From Clostridia bacterium (GTDB lineage: Bacteria > Bacillota > Clostridia > Christensenellales > UBA1242): DNA of 64,000 bases. The stretch spans positions 7,870-71,869 of the forward strand of contig JAFUKB010000014.1 of assembly GCA_017467895.1 (NCBI GenBank), read 5' to 3'. Under the pieces are notes generated by a model. The model was not told the DNA's origin. It worked only from the letters and a program-made list of their open reading frames with translations, and did not search any database. A program made the position numbers and the translations under genes. This document shows positions 16,680-26,529 of the stretch, piece after piece (the stretch's first letter is position 1; every line of letters starts with the position of its first letter).

Positions 16680-16988
16680 ATGAAAGTAATTAACGAAGAA
16701 CAATATAAACAAGAAGTGTTAAATAGCAATGGCGTGGTGTTGTTAGATTTTTATGCTTCTTGGTGTGGTCCTTGCCGTATGCTTGCACCAGTTTTGGAAG
16801 AAATTGAAGATGAAAGAAAAATCCCTGTGTTTAAAATGGATGTTGACGAGTGTCAGGTTGTTCCAAGAGAATATGGTGTTATGAGCATTCCAACTGTTTG
16901 CATTTTTAAAGACGGAAAATTCCAAGAAAAATTTATTGGCTTTATGGGCAAAGAACAAATTTTGACATATGTAGAAAAATATCTTTAA
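16680..16988 (+). CDS. trxA: thioredoxin
   Basis: 102 aa with the WCGPC active site. SD aaaggag lies upstream. Confidence 0.9.
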   Translation: MKVINEEQYKQEVLNSNGVVLLDFYASWCGPCRMLAPVLEEIEDERKIPVFKMDVDECQVVPREYGVMSIPTVCIFKDGKFQEKFIGFMGKEQILTYVEKYL

Positions 16989-17026
16989 TCTAAATATGTC
17001 AAACCAAAACATATAAAAGGAGAGGT

Positions 17027-17968
17027 ATGGAACCAAATCGTTTTTTGTCTAGCGACGGAATGACTCAGGTGGCTTACTATTTTTTTGACGATGGAATAAC
17101 AAAGCCAAAAGCCGTGGTGCAAATTGCCCATGGCATGCAAGAACATATGCTAAGGTATAAAGATTTGGCAAAAGAACTAAATAAACATGGCATTGTTGTG
17201 TGCGGGAATGACCATTTGGGTCATGGAAAAACATCAACTGGTGCTCAAACTGATGGTTTTTTTGCTTCCAAAAAAGGTGCAGAATATGTGCTTAAAGATT
17301 TGCATCATATGACGCAAATCGCAAAACAAAACTATGCTGGGGTCCCTTTGTTTATGTTAGGGCATTCAATGGGCAGTTTTTTTGCAAGATATTATGCGGG
17401 AGAATATACAAACGAGTTAAATGGCTTAATATTGTGTGGTACTTCTGGCAGGGTGACAGGTACAAATTTGGCACTTTGCATGCTTTCGTGCATGAAATGC
17501 TTTAAAGGCAAAAAGTCACATTCAAAATTTGCCGATTATTTAATGACAAATTCATACTTTAAATATATTCCAGACCCTGTTTATAAAATGGAATGGATAA
17601 CCTCTGAGCCAGACGCACTAGAAAAGTATATTCAAGACGAGCGTTGTAAAATAAAGTTTACCGTAGGCGCTTATTATGATATGGTAAGCACACTAAAAAA
17701 GGTTAACCAAAAGTCTTGGGTAAAAAGATATAACAAAAACCTGCCAATTTTGCTTGTTGCTGGCGCACAGGATCCAGTGGGGCAGTATGGCAAGGGAGTT
17801 TGCGAGGTTTATTCATTGTTTGAAAATCAGGGCATGCAAAACTTAGACCTGCGTTTGTATGCAAATGCAAGGCATGAACCTTTTAATGAAAAAGAGCCAA
17901 CAAAATCTCTCTTTTATAACGATATTATTCAGTGGCTTAATAATCAAATGTTGCTGTTAAAAAAATAG
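17027..17968 (+). CDS. alpha/beta hydrolase (lysophospholipase / monoacylglycerol lipase-like)
   Basis: Nucleophile elbow GHSMGS, an upstream HG oxyanion motif (AHGMQEH) and a C-terminal His (ARHEPF). SD aaaggagag lies upstream. Confidence 0.75.
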   Translation: MEPNRFLSSDGMTQVAYYFFDDGITKPKAVVQIAHGMQEHMLRYKDLAKELNKHGIVVCGNDHLGHGKTSTGAQTDGFFASKKGAEYVLKDLHHMTQIAKQNYAGVPLFMLGHSMGSFFARYYAGEYTNELNGLILCGTSGRVTGTNLALCMLSCMKCFKGKKSHSKFADYLMTNSYFKYIPDPVYKMEWITSEPDALEKYIQDERCKIKFTVGAYYDMVSTLKKVNQKSWVKRYNKNLPILLVAGAQDPVGQYGKGVCEVYSLFENQGMQNLDLRLYANARHEPFNEKEPTKSLFYNDIIQWLNNQMLLLKK

Positions 17969-17980
17969 GTCATAATTAAA

Positions 17981-18346
17981 ATGCAATCATCCATACATTA
18001 TTGTATGGGTGTTTTTTTAACCAATCAAAACAAAATTGCTAGTGAAACAATTACTTCGCATTCTGTCAGCAAAATGTTGGGAGAACAAAACGAAACGCTT
18101 GACTTAAGTACCGCAAAAATTAATTGCGATTATTTTATTGTGGGTTATAAAACTCATGTCGCTTTTAATATTAAGCGTAGACTTTTGGAACTGGGTTTAA
18201 CGGCGGGCACAAAAGTTACTCTGCATCAAAAATCTTTTTTGAATGAAGTCTTGTTAATAGAATTAAATGGTTACATGCTTTCATTAAGAAGTTCGGTTGC
18301 AAAACATGTTTTAGTTATACAAAAAACTGCAAGCGAGGGTATATGA
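17981..18346 (+). CDS. feoA: FeoA-domain protein
   Basis: The C-terminal 75 aa (RRLLELGLTAGTKVTLHQKS...LNGYMLSLRSSVAKHVLV) fit the FeoA SH3-like domain. It overlaps the feoB start. The true start may be internal (for example 18074). Confidence 0.65.
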   Translation: MQSSIHYCMGVFLTNQNKIASETITSHSVSKMLGEQNETLDLSTAKINCDYFIVGYKTHVAFNIKRRLLELGLTAGTKVTLHQKSFLNEVLLIELNGYMLSLRSSVAKHVLVIQKTASEGI

Positions 18347-20514
18347 ACCAAGTGCTTTTAATAGGAAACCCAAACACAGGGAAAACTACATTATTTAATT
18401 CGTTAACTCGTGCAAATGAACATACAGGTAATTGGCATGGCGTAACCGTTGATAGCAAGCAAAAAATAATGCGCTTAAACAATCAAGAGTTTAAAGTGGT
18501 AGATTTGCCGGGGATATACTCATTGTCGCCACTTTCGTTTGAGGAAAGTGTTACTGTTGAATATCTTTATTCTCACTTAAATTCACTTGTTGTTAACATT
18601 GTTGATGTTAATAATTTGCATAGAAATCTTTATTTGACCTTGGAACTTTTAAACTTAAATGTTCCATGCGTTTTGGTAGTTAATGATATACAAAATTCTA
18701 AGAATAAAATTAATAAATATAATTTAAAAAAATTAGAACAAATTTTAGGAATAAAAGTCTTAAAAATTAATGCGGAAAATAAGCAAGAAATAAATATTTT
18801 AAAAAAAGAAATATTAAATTTTAAATATGTCAAAACTCCTTTTGAATTAAAGCAATTTGCAAACATAAATAATAATAAAAACATTGAATTAACAAAAGAA
18901 ATAATTAAAAATAATGTCAATAAAATAAGCCAATTAAACTTAAATTATGTTGCTTTAAAAACACTAGAAAATGATGAAATAATATTAAACAAATTAAACC
19001 TTAACATTGACCAGCAAAATAATATAAAATTGCTTCAAGAACAAAGCAATATAGAGACATTTGCTAAACAAAAATTTGATGTAATTCAAAAAATATTGCA
19101 AGAATGTAAAATTACAACAAATGAAAATAAAACGCATAAAACTAAAATAGACAAACCATACGGCTCAAGCAAATTAGATAAAATAGTACTAAACAAGTTT
19201 TTGTGCTTGCCTATATTTTTTGCTGTTATGCTTTTGGTGTTTTATTTAACTTTTTTCTCGATTGGCGCATGGCTTAGTGATCAACTGCTGTATCTGGTTC
19301 AAGATCTTTTTGGAAATTGGATTTTGGGAGTTGTAAAAAGCGTAACAAACAATGCAATAATATATGATTTTTTTGCTTCCGCACTAATTGGTGGCATTGG
19401 CTCTGTTTTGGCTTTTTTGCCTCAAATTGTAATGTTGTTTTTGTGCCTTGGCATACTAGAAGATAGTGGCTACTTGTCGCGTGTGGCGTTTTGCTTAGAT
19501 GATATATTTGCAAAGGTGGGGCTTTCTGGAAAAAGCGTTTATACATTGCTTATGGGGTTTGGTTGCTCAACCTCTGCATGCCTTACGGCTCGCACAGTTA
19601 ACGATAAAAACTCTAAAATTAAAACATCAATGCTTGCACCTTATATGAGTTGTAGTGCAAAACTTCCTATTTATGCGGTTATTGGCTCTGCATTCTTTGG
19701 CGCTCAAAATGTTTTTGTTGTTTTTGCATTATATATGCTTGGGGTTGTGGTTGCACTGCTACTTAGTGTTTTATATGAAAAGACTTTTTTAAAAAGCAAA
19801 GATAACGCATTTATTATGGAGTTTCCACCATATAAGTTAACTAAACCAAAACGCATGGCAAGGTTAATTTTGGATAACGCAAAGCAATTTTTGCTAAGAG
19901 TTGGTTCATTGCTTGTTTCTGTAAATGTAATAGTGTGGGTGTTGTCAAATTTTTCTTTTTCGTTTGCTTTTGTTCAAACTCAGGGCGGGCAAAGTATGCT
20001 AGAAACATTGGGTAAAATATTTGCTCCAATATTTGCACCTCTGGGTTTTGGTTCTTGGGGCGCAACCTCGGCGTTAATTGCTGGGCTAATTGCAAAAGAA
20101 ATTATTGTTGCAAGCCTTGCAATGTTTAATGGAATATCAAACACTGCGCAAAACTATCATGCAAACCTATCACAAAGTTTAACAAATCCAATGAGTGCGG
20201 TGTGCTTTACCCCTGCATCGGCACTTTCGTATATGGTGTTCTGCTTGCTTTATTCGCCTTGCCTTGCAACAGTAAGTGTTCTTGGCAAAGAAATTGGCAA
20301 AAAATGGACTCTTGTTTCAATCTTGGTGCAGTTTGCTGTGGCATATGTAATAGCGCTTGTGGTTAATGCTTCAGTTAACTTGATTATGGCAAAAGGTATT
20401 TGGTTGTTTTTGTTGGTTGCTCTTGTGTTTGCCGTTTGCTTGTTTGCAATTGTTTATTTGCTTAAAAAAATTTTAAAAAAAAGAAAATGTCACGGTTGTA
20501 GTAAGTGTAATTAA
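18343..20514 (+). CDS. feoB: ferrous iron transporter FeoB
   Basis: N-terminal G-domain with GNPNTGKTTLFN and DLPG. An Asn/Lys-rich helical insert follows. The polytopic membrane domain has two gate motifs. Confidence 0.9.
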   Translation: MNQVLLIGNPNTGKTTLFNSLTRANEHTGNWHGVTVDSKQKIMRLNNQEFKVVDLPGIYSLSPLSFEESVTVEYLYSHLNSLVVNIVDVNNLHRNLYLTLELLNLNVPCVLVVNDIQNSKNKINKYNLKKLEQILGIKVLKINAENKQEINILKKEILNFKYVKTPFELKQFANINNNKNIELTKEIIKNNVNKISQLNLNYVALKTLENDEIILNKLNLNIDQQNNIKLLQEQSNIETFAKQKFDVIQKILQECKITTNENKTHKTKIDKPYGSSKLDKIVLNKFLCLPIFFAVMLLVFYLTFFSIGAWLSDQLLYLVQDLFGNWILGVVKSVTNNAIIYDFFASALIGGIGSVLAFLPQIVMLFLCLGILEDSGYLSRVAFCLDDIFAKVGLSGKSVYTLLMGFGCSTSACLTARTVNDKNSKIKTSMLAPYMSCSAKLPIYAVIGSAFFGAQNVFVVFALYMLGVVVALLLSVLYEKTFLKSKDNAFIMEFPPYKLTKPKRMARLILDNAKQFLLRVGSLLVSVNVIVWVLSNFSFSFAFVQTQGGQSMLETLGKIFAPIFAPLGFGSWGATSALIAGLIAKEIIVASLAMFNGISNTAQNYHANLSQSLTNPMSAVCFTPASALSYMVFCLLYSPCLATVSVLGKEIGKKWTLVSILVQFAVAYVIALVVNASVNLIMAKGIWLFLLVALVFAVCLFAIVYLLKKILKKRKCHGCSKCN

Positions 20515-20738
20515 CCTTTAATTAGGTCTTTTATGCTAATTGATAATGCATTTGCAATTTCAATTAAATTACCAACAGAAATATCATAATATTTATCATT
20601 TAAAAATTTGTCTACAACGGAAAAGTCTAAGTTAAATAGGGCACAAAACACCTGTGGGGGCAGGTCGTTATCGCGCAAAAAGATTAATAATGGCTCGTGA
20701 TTAAATATTTGTTTTTTACTATTTGAGTAAAATGTCAT
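20511..20738 (-). CDS. small HTH-like protein (75 aa)
   Basis: The C-terminal NLIEIANALSISIKDLIKG resembles the end of an XRE/Cro HTH. It is divergent from the XRE gene at 20825. Confidence 0.45.
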   Translation of the reverse strand: MTFYSNSKKQIFNHEPLLIFLRDNDLPPQVFCALFNLDFSVVDKFLNDKYYDISVGNLIEIANALSISIKDLIKG

Positions 20739-20767
20739 AAATTATCTCCTATATATATAAACTATAG

Positions 20768-20805
20768 TCGCGAGTTTAGTCACCGTCAAGTAAAAATCGC
20801 GAGTT
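20768..20805. promoter_or_regulatory. two direct copies of tcgcgagtt (palindromic core TCGCGA), candidate operators
   Basis: Identical 9-mers at 20768-20776 and 20797-20805 lie in the 86-bp divergent region between the two small HTH genes. Confidence 0.35.
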
Positions 20806-20824
20806 GCGCATAATATATTTTTAT

Positions 20825-21028
20825 ATGGAAGTTTTTGGAAATGTATTGAAAGAATTAAGAAAAGAGAAAAATCTTTTACAACAAGATTTGGCAAATGCGT
20901 TTAATGTTACGAAAACAACAATTTCGCGTTGGGAACTTGGCAAACAAGAACCTGACTTTGACATGCTTGTAAAAATTGCAAAATATTTTGGTGTTTCAAC
21001 AGACTTTTTGCTTGGGCTAGAAGATTAA
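20825..21028 (+). CDS. XRE-family HTH transcriptional regulator (67 aa)
   Basis: LKELRKEKNLLQQDLANAFNVTKTTISRWELGKQEPDFDMLVKIAKYFGVSTDFLLG is a canonical HTH_3 domain. I prefer the ATG at 20825 to the TTG at 20804. Confidence 0.8.
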   Translation: MEVFGNVLKELRKEKNLLQQDLANAFNVTKTTISRWELGKQEPDFDMLVKIAKYFGVSTDFLLGLED

Positions 21029-21069
21029 CTTTAACAAATTTACATATAAAAAAATTTTTTAAACACACT

Positions 21070-21720
21070 ATGTTAAAAAAGGAAAAAATTATGACATTTT
21101 CTTTAATTTTAACTGGTGTGCTTTTTATTTTGGTTTGCTTTAATGTGGGCGAGAGCATTTACAAAAAATTAAAAATTCGAAAATCGGTTTTGGTTTTGTT
21201 GCTGGGGCTAACATTGGTGGCATATTTTATTCCAAATTTTATCTTATGGGGAGTGTCTTTCTCGTGGGTGGGCTTTGTTTTGCCCCTTGTTTTTTCTTTT
21301 GTAACATTTTTTAAAATAAGACATTTTAAAATATTTTTGAGAGTTTTTGTTGGGGTGCTTGTGGCGTTTGTTTTAAGCCTAGTCTATAACTTAATTTCTT
21401 TTGAAGTGTATGAAAGTGTAATCTTGCAACCATACATAGCATTGGGGGCAATTTTGGGAGTTGTTTTGCTTTTTGTTGTTCAAACGCCAAGCAGGGCATA
21501 TGCATCAATTTTTGTTGGGGCTTGCCTTGCAGATGTCGTGTTTTATTTTTCACGGTACGCAGGTTATGCTGGTTATAACTTGACTTTGGGTAGTGAAAAG
21601 ATTTTTTGCGTGTTAATGACTTCTTTTGTTGTTAGTTTGGTTGCTTATTATTTTGTTAGAAAGGTTAAAACCATTGAGATAAGACATAGACTTAAAAAGG
21701 CTGAGCGTAAAAAAATATAG
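21070..21720 (+). CDS. integral membrane protein (about 6 TM), function unknown
   Basis: Hydrophobic 216-aa ORF. An alternative start at 21091 is preceded by aagga. Confidence 0.6.
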   Translation: MLKKEKIMTFSLILTGVLFILVCFNVGESIYKKLKIRKSVLVLLLGLTLVAYFIPNFILWGVSFSWVGFVLPLVFSFVTFFKIRHFKIFLRVFVGVLVAFVLSLVYNLISFEVYESVILQPYIALGAILGVVLLFVVQTPSRAYASIFVGACLADVVFYFSRYAGYAGYNLTLGSEKIFCVLMTSFVVSLVAYYFVRKVKTIEIRHRLKKAERKKI

Positions 21721-21782
21721 GTGCTTTAAATTGATTGAAATTAAAAATCATCTGTGCTATACTTTTTGCATTAGGAGAAAAA

Positions 21783-23108
21783 ATGAAAAAGCCATTAGTT
21801 GCAGTTGTAGGAAGGCCAAATGTTGGCAAAAGCACATTTTTTAACAAAATTTGCGGTAAGCGTATTTCCATTGTTGATGATACTCCGGGCGTAACGCGTG
21901 ATCGCATTTATGCCGACGCTGAGTGGTGTGGTTATAGTTTTAGGTTGGTAGACACGGGCGGTTTAGATTCTAAATCGGGCGATGTTTTTCAATCTAACAT
22001 AAAAGAACAGGCAGACATTGCCATTGATTTGGCAGATGTCATTGTTTTGATGGTTGATGGCCGTGATGGCGTTACTCAAAATGACCATGAGGTTGCTGAT
22101 TATTTGCGCAAATGCAACAAGCCCGTTGTTTTGGTTGTTAATAAACTAGATAATTTTGAAGTAGAAAATTCTTATGAGTTTTATAACTTGGGCTTGGGCG
22201 AACCTTTTCCTATTTCTTGTGAACAATCAAAAGGCTTGGGTGAGGTGTTAGATGAAATTGTTTCGCACTTTGATTTTCGCCAGTTAGATGATGAGCCAAA
22301 CGACACAATTAAAGTTGCCATTGTTGGCAGACCAACTGTTGGCAAAAGTAGCATAACAAACCGCATCTTGGGCGAAGATAGAGTTGTGGTAAGCGATGTT
22401 GCTGGCACAACCCGTGATGCCATTGAAACTGACTTTGTTGCTAATGGTCAAAAATATACATTAATTGACACTGCAGGGTTAAGGCGTAAACGCGGTGTTG
22501 AACAAGAGTCTGTTGAGGGGTATTCAGTTATTCGCTCAATGGAAGCAATTAAACGCGCAGATGTTGTTCTTATTGTGTTTGACGCAAGCCAAGAAATAAG
22601 CGAACAAGATGTTCGCATTGCAGGCTATGTGCATGAAGAGGGCAAACCTTCGGTTATCGTTATGAACAAATGGGATAAAATTGAAAACAAAGACGGTAAC
22701 ACAATTAATAAATATATTGACAAATTAAAAATTGACCTTTCGTTTATGGATTATTTTATTCCAGTGTTTACTTCGGCACTTACGGGCAAGAGGCTTTTTG
22801 ATGTTATTGAAAAGATTAACTTGGCATATAATAACTCAACTAAACGCATTACAACAGGCAACTTAAATGAACTTTTGGCAAGTGCAATTCTTTCAAATGA
22901 ACCGCCATATAGAAATGGCAAAAAGTTAAAAATTCAATATATAACGCAGACGCAAGTTGCACCACCAACATTTGTTTTGTTTGTTAATGATGCAACTCTT
23001 ATGCATTTTTCTTATTTAAGATATTTGGAAAATCGTTTTAGAAGCGCAGTGGATTTCACTGGTACGCCAATTAAATTCATCACAAGAAGTCGTGATGATA
23101 AAGAATAA
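21783..23108 (+). CDS. der: ribosome-associated GTPase Der/EngA
   Basis: Two tandem G-domains (GRPNVGKST...DTGG...NKLD and GRPTVGKSS...DTAG...NKWD) plus a KH-like C-terminus. SD aggag precedes the ATG at 21783. Confidence 0.92.
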   Translation: MKKPLVAVVGRPNVGKSTFFNKICGKRISIVDDTPGVTRDRIYADAEWCGYSFRLVDTGGLDSKSGDVFQSNIKEQADIAIDLADVIVLMVDGRDGVTQNDHEVADYLRKCNKPVVLVVNKLDNFEVENSYEFYNLGLGEPFPISCEQSKGLGEVLDEIVSHFDFRQLDDEPNDTIKVAIVGRPTVGKSSITNRILGEDRVVVSDVAGTTRDAIETDFVANGQKYTLIDTAGLRRKRGVEQESVEGYSVIRSMEAIKRADVVLIVFDASQEISEQDVRIAGYVHEEGKPSVIVMNKWDKIENKDGNTINKYIDKLKIDLSFMDYFIPVFTSALTGKRLFDVIEKINLAYNNSTKRITTGNLNELLASAILSNEPPYRNGKKLKIQYITQTQVAPPTFVLFVNDATLMHFSYLRYLENRFRSAVDFTGTPIKFITRSRDDKE

Positions 23109-23128
23109 AAGTTAAACAAAAGGGTTTT

Positions 23129-23821
23129 ATGTATATAACAATATTAAAATATGTTTTGCTTGTCTTGGGTGGATATTTTTTGGGGAACTTTAGTTCTGCA
23201 AAATTTTTGTCGCGCATAAAGCATGACGACATAACCAAACATGGCAGTGGCAATCCCGGCACCATGAATATGGCTCGCACATACGGTTTTGGCTGGGGAC
23301 TCTTAACACTTTTAATGGACGCGTTAAAAGGTGCAATTCCATCGCTTGTAGGTTTCTTTTTGTTTGGTGGTGTATCTGGCGGAACAACGGCATACATTGG
23401 TTTGTTTGCTGGCGGTTTTTCTGCAATAGTGGGGCATATTTTTCCAATCATCTATAAGTTTAAAGGTGGCAAGGGTGTGGCATGTATATTTGGCGTTTTT
23501 GCTGTTGCAGAGCCTTTGTGGGTTGTTGTAATGTTTGTTGTTTGCCTTTTGTACCTTTTAATATTTAAGTATGGTGCAATCGCTTCGTTTATTTTTATTA
23601 CAATATTAACAATAATTGAGGGCTATCGCTTTAAGGGCAATGTGGTTATTTGCATGTTGCTATTTGGAATTTTCTTTTTAATTTGGTTTATGCACCGACA
23701 AAATTTTTTTAGATTGCTAATTGGCAAAGAAAACAAGGTTAACTTGTTTAAACGCAAAAAGAATAAGATAAAACTAGAAAAACAAACAAAACAAGAAATA
23801 AAAGATAAAGAAATAGGTTAG
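23129..23821 (+). CDS. plsY: glycerol-3-phosphate acyltransferase PlsY
   Basis: GSGNPGTMN and KGGKGVA motifs in a polytopic membrane protein. The conserved der-plsY neighbourhood supports the call. Confidence 0.88.
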   Translation: MYITILKYVLLVLGGYFLGNFSSAKFLSRIKHDDITKHGSGNPGTMNMARTYGFGWGLLTLLMDALKGAIPSLVGFFLFGGVSGGTTAYIGLFAGGFSAIVGHIFPIIYKFKGGKGVACIFGVFAVAEPLWVVVMFVVCLLYLLIFKYGAIASFIFITILTIIEGYRFKGNVVICMLLFGIFFLIWFMHRQNFFRLLIGKENKVNLFKRKKNKIKLEKQTKQEIKDKEIG

Positions 23822-23823
23822 TT

Positions 23824-25947
23824 ATGAAAAAGCCCGAACTTCTTGCTCCGGCGGGAGATTTTCAAAGTTTAAAGTCAGCGGTGTTTGCAGGTGCAGATGC
23901 CGTTTATTTTGGTGCAAAAAATTTTAATGCAAGGGCAAAAGCAGAAAACTTTGGCGAAGATTTGGCAGGCGCGGTTGCTTTTGCACATATGTATGGAACA
24001 AAGGTATATTTAACGCTTAACACGCTTATTGAAAATGATAATGCCGAGCAACTTTTGCAAACGGTAAAAAACGCACTTGAGGCTGGCGTTGATGCTTTTA
24101 TTGTGCAAGATTTTGGCGTTGTTAATTTAATTAATAATAGTTTTAAAAATGTGGAAATTCACACTAGCACGCAAATGGCGGTTAATAATTTTCTTGGTGC
24201 TTTGCAGGCACAAAAAATGGGTGCAAAGCGTGTTGTTTTGTCAAGAGAAACAAATATTGAAGATATAAAATTAATTAAGCAACACACGAGTTTGGAAATT
24301 GAATATTTTGTTCAAGGGGCGCTATGTGTTTGCTTTTCGGGGAACTGTTATTTGTCTTCTTGCCTGTTTAACAAAAGCGGAAATAAGGGCGAGTGCTTGC
24401 AACCATGTCGCTTGCCATATAAGGCAGTTTTAAAAGGCAAACAAATTGCCGAAGGTTACCTGCTTTCTGCAAAAGATATAAACATGTCGGCAAGGTTAAA
24501 AGAACTTGTTGAAGCGGGTGTAGACTCATTTAAAATAGAGGGGCGCTTGCGTCGTCCTGCTTATGTTTATGCAACAACAAAAACTTATAGACAAATTATA
24601 GATAACGATTATGTTGCAACAGCACAAAATCAAACAGACTTAAAAAAGGCGTTTAACCGTGGCAATTATACGCAAGGCTATTTAAACGGCAATGAAAATA
24701 TCATTGATTATAACATTCAGGGGCATATTGGTGTAAAAATAGGAAGAGTGTTAAACTTTGAACGCGGAAGAAAGTTTAATATTATAAAACTAGAAACTCA
24801 GTATGAAATAAACGCTGGCGATGTTCTGAAGTTTGTTTATAATAATAAAGAGGTTGCAACCATAACCGCAATAGACATTAAAAAAGTTTCTAATAATATT
24901 TTTAATATAACAACCACGGCATGCTTGCCAAAGGGGGCAGTTGCTCATTTGATTTGTGATTCAAAAAAAGAAGAGGCAGATTTGGCTTCAAAAAGATTAC
25001 TGCCATTAAAATTTGAATTAATCGCTTTAGTAAACCAGCCCTTAAAATTAAATTATTGGTTGTTAGATGAAAATTTGCACACGGTAAGGGTATGTGGTTG
25101 TGTTTTGGGCGAGGTTTGTGAGCAGGCAAAATCGCAACCTTTAACATGCGACTCTGCAAGGCAGTCGCTTCAAAAACTTGGCGAAACAAATTTTTATTTG
25201 CATGATTTTTCTGTTAACTTAAATGGTGTGTTTGTAAGCAAGCAACAGTTAAATAATTTGCGAAAAACAGCAGTTGAAAATATTGAAAAATATTTCGAAA
25301 ATAATATTAAAATAGAATGCAATTATAATTATTTGAATAACCAATTAATAATTTTAAATAATCCTAAAAAAACAAATAAAAATTATAGTTTGATATTTGA
25401 CGATAAAAATAATAATCAAGTTGATTTTTTGGTTGTAAAACCAAGCGATTACGCAAATTTTGATTACACAAAAATTACGAATAAAAACGCATTTTTATAT
25501 ATCCCATCTTTTTTAAGAAATTCCGATATAATTGTAATAAAAAATATTTTAAATAAATTCCCAAATTTGGGTGTTTATGCAGAAAATTTGGGTGCGCTAG
25601 AATTTAATAAAAAAACAATATTAGGTGCTAAGTTAAATATTAAAAATATTTTTGCAATTAACCAACTTTTGTCAGACAATGTTGTTGCAGTTGTTACTTC
25701 ACCAGAACTTGCCAATGAAGAGTTTTTAAAAATAAAGAACGCAACAAATGTACCAGTTATTAAAAGTGATTTTAACGATTTTGATTTAATGACGCTTGTG
25801 CATTGCCCAATAAAAACACTATTTGCTAACACATGCAAAAATTGTAAGTTTGAAACAGGAATCGAGTATGTTATGCAAAGTGGTCAAAGATTGCAATTAA
25901 AAAGATATAAAGTGGCAAATTGCTATTTTACACTTACTAAAAAGTAG
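23824..25947 (+). CDS. peptidase U32 family protein with a long C-terminal extension
   Basis: MKKPELLAPAGDFQSLKSAVFAGADAVYFG together with the E-x-F-x-x-G-A-L-C and CLQPCR motifs are typical of U32 collagenase-like proteins. Confidence 0.85.
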   Translation: MKKPELLAPAGDFQSLKSAVFAGADAVYFGAKNFNARAKAENFGEDLAGAVAFAHMYGTKVYLTLNTLIENDNAEQLLQTVKNALEAGVDAFIVQDFGVVNLINNSFKNVEIHTSTQMAVNNFLGALQAQKMGAKRVVLSRETNIEDIKLIKQHTSLEIEYFVQGALCVCFSGNCYLSSCLFNKSGNKGECLQPCRLPYKAVLKGKQIAEGYLLSAKDINMSARLKELVEAGVDSFKIEGRLRRPAYVYATTKTYRQIIDNDYVATAQNQTDLKKAFNRGNYTQGYLNGNENIIDYNIQGHIGVKIGRVLNFERGRKFNIIKLETQYEINAGDVLKFVYNNKEVATITAIDIKKVSNNIFNITTTACLPKGAVAHLICDSKKEEADLASKRLLPLKFELIALVNQPLKLNYWLLDENLHTVRVCGCVLGEVCEQAKSQPLTCDSARQSLQKLGETNFYLHDFSVNLNGVFVSKQQLNNLRKTAVENIEKYFENNIKIECNYNYLNNQLIILNNPKKTNKNYSLIFDDKNNNQVDFLVVKPSDYANFDYTKITNKNAFLYIPSFLRNSDIIVIKNILNKFPNLGVYAENLGALEFNKKTILGAKLNIKNIFAINQLLSDNVVAVVTSPELANEEFLKIKNATNVPVIKSDFNDFDLMTLVHCPIKTLFANTCKNCKFETGIEYVMQSGQRLQLKRYKVANCYFTLTKK

Positions 25948-25995
25948 TTTACAATAACCGCAAAATATGGTATAGTTTGCAAGAAGAGGTTACAA

Positions 25996-26445
25996 ATGAA
26001 GTGTATTTATTGTGGTTATGAAGATTCAAAGGTAATAGATTCTCGCGCAACTATTGAAACAAATTCAATTCGTCGCCGTCGTGAATGTTTAAATTGTGGC
26101 AAACGCTGGACAACATATGAAACAGTTGAAAGTACGCCAATTTTGGTTGTTAAAAAAAATGGCTCAATTCAACCATTCGATAAAAATAAAATTATTAATG
26201 GCATTATTAAGGCTTGCGAAAAACGCCCAGTTAGCCTAATACAAATTGAAAACATTGCCGAAGAGGTAGAAAAGCAATTAAAAGACGACATGGTTAAAGA
26301 AATTCGCTCAATAAAAATTGGTGACATGGTTATGGAGCGTTTAAAACCTTTAGATGATGTTGCTTATGTTCGCTTTGCATCGGTTTATAGGCAGTTTACC
26401 GATATATCTAATTTTATTAATTTTTTGTCTGAAATTAAAAAATAA
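25996..26445 (+). CDS. nrdR: transcriptional repressor NrdR
   Basis: MKCIYCGYEDSKVIDSR...RRRRECLNCGKRWTTYE is the zinc ribbon, followed by an ATP-cone. Confidence 0.92.
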   Translation: MKCIYCGYEDSKVIDSRATIETNSIRRRRECLNCGKRWTTYETVESTPILVVKKNGSIQPFDKNKIINGIIKACEKRPVSLIQIENIAEEVEKQLKDDMVKEIRSIKIGDMVMERLKPLDDVAYVRFASVYRQFTDISNFINFLSEIKK

Positions 26446-26453
26446 TAAATAAT

Positions 26454-26487
26454 AGCAAACAATTTTTAAATGTTGTTTGCTTTTTTT
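26454..26487 (+). terminator. rho-independent terminator after nrdR
   Basis: Stem agcaaacaa / ttgtttgct followed by a T7 run. Confidence 0.7.
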
Positions 26488-26529
26488 GTTGCCTGTTAAT
26501 ATACTAGTTAAAAATAATACGAGGATAGT

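Noticed and set aside
20511-21028. The divergent small HTH genes could be a prophage or mobile-element remnant.
   Set aside because: No integrase, recombinase, phage structural or replication genes are adjacent, and both flanks (feoB and der) are core genes.
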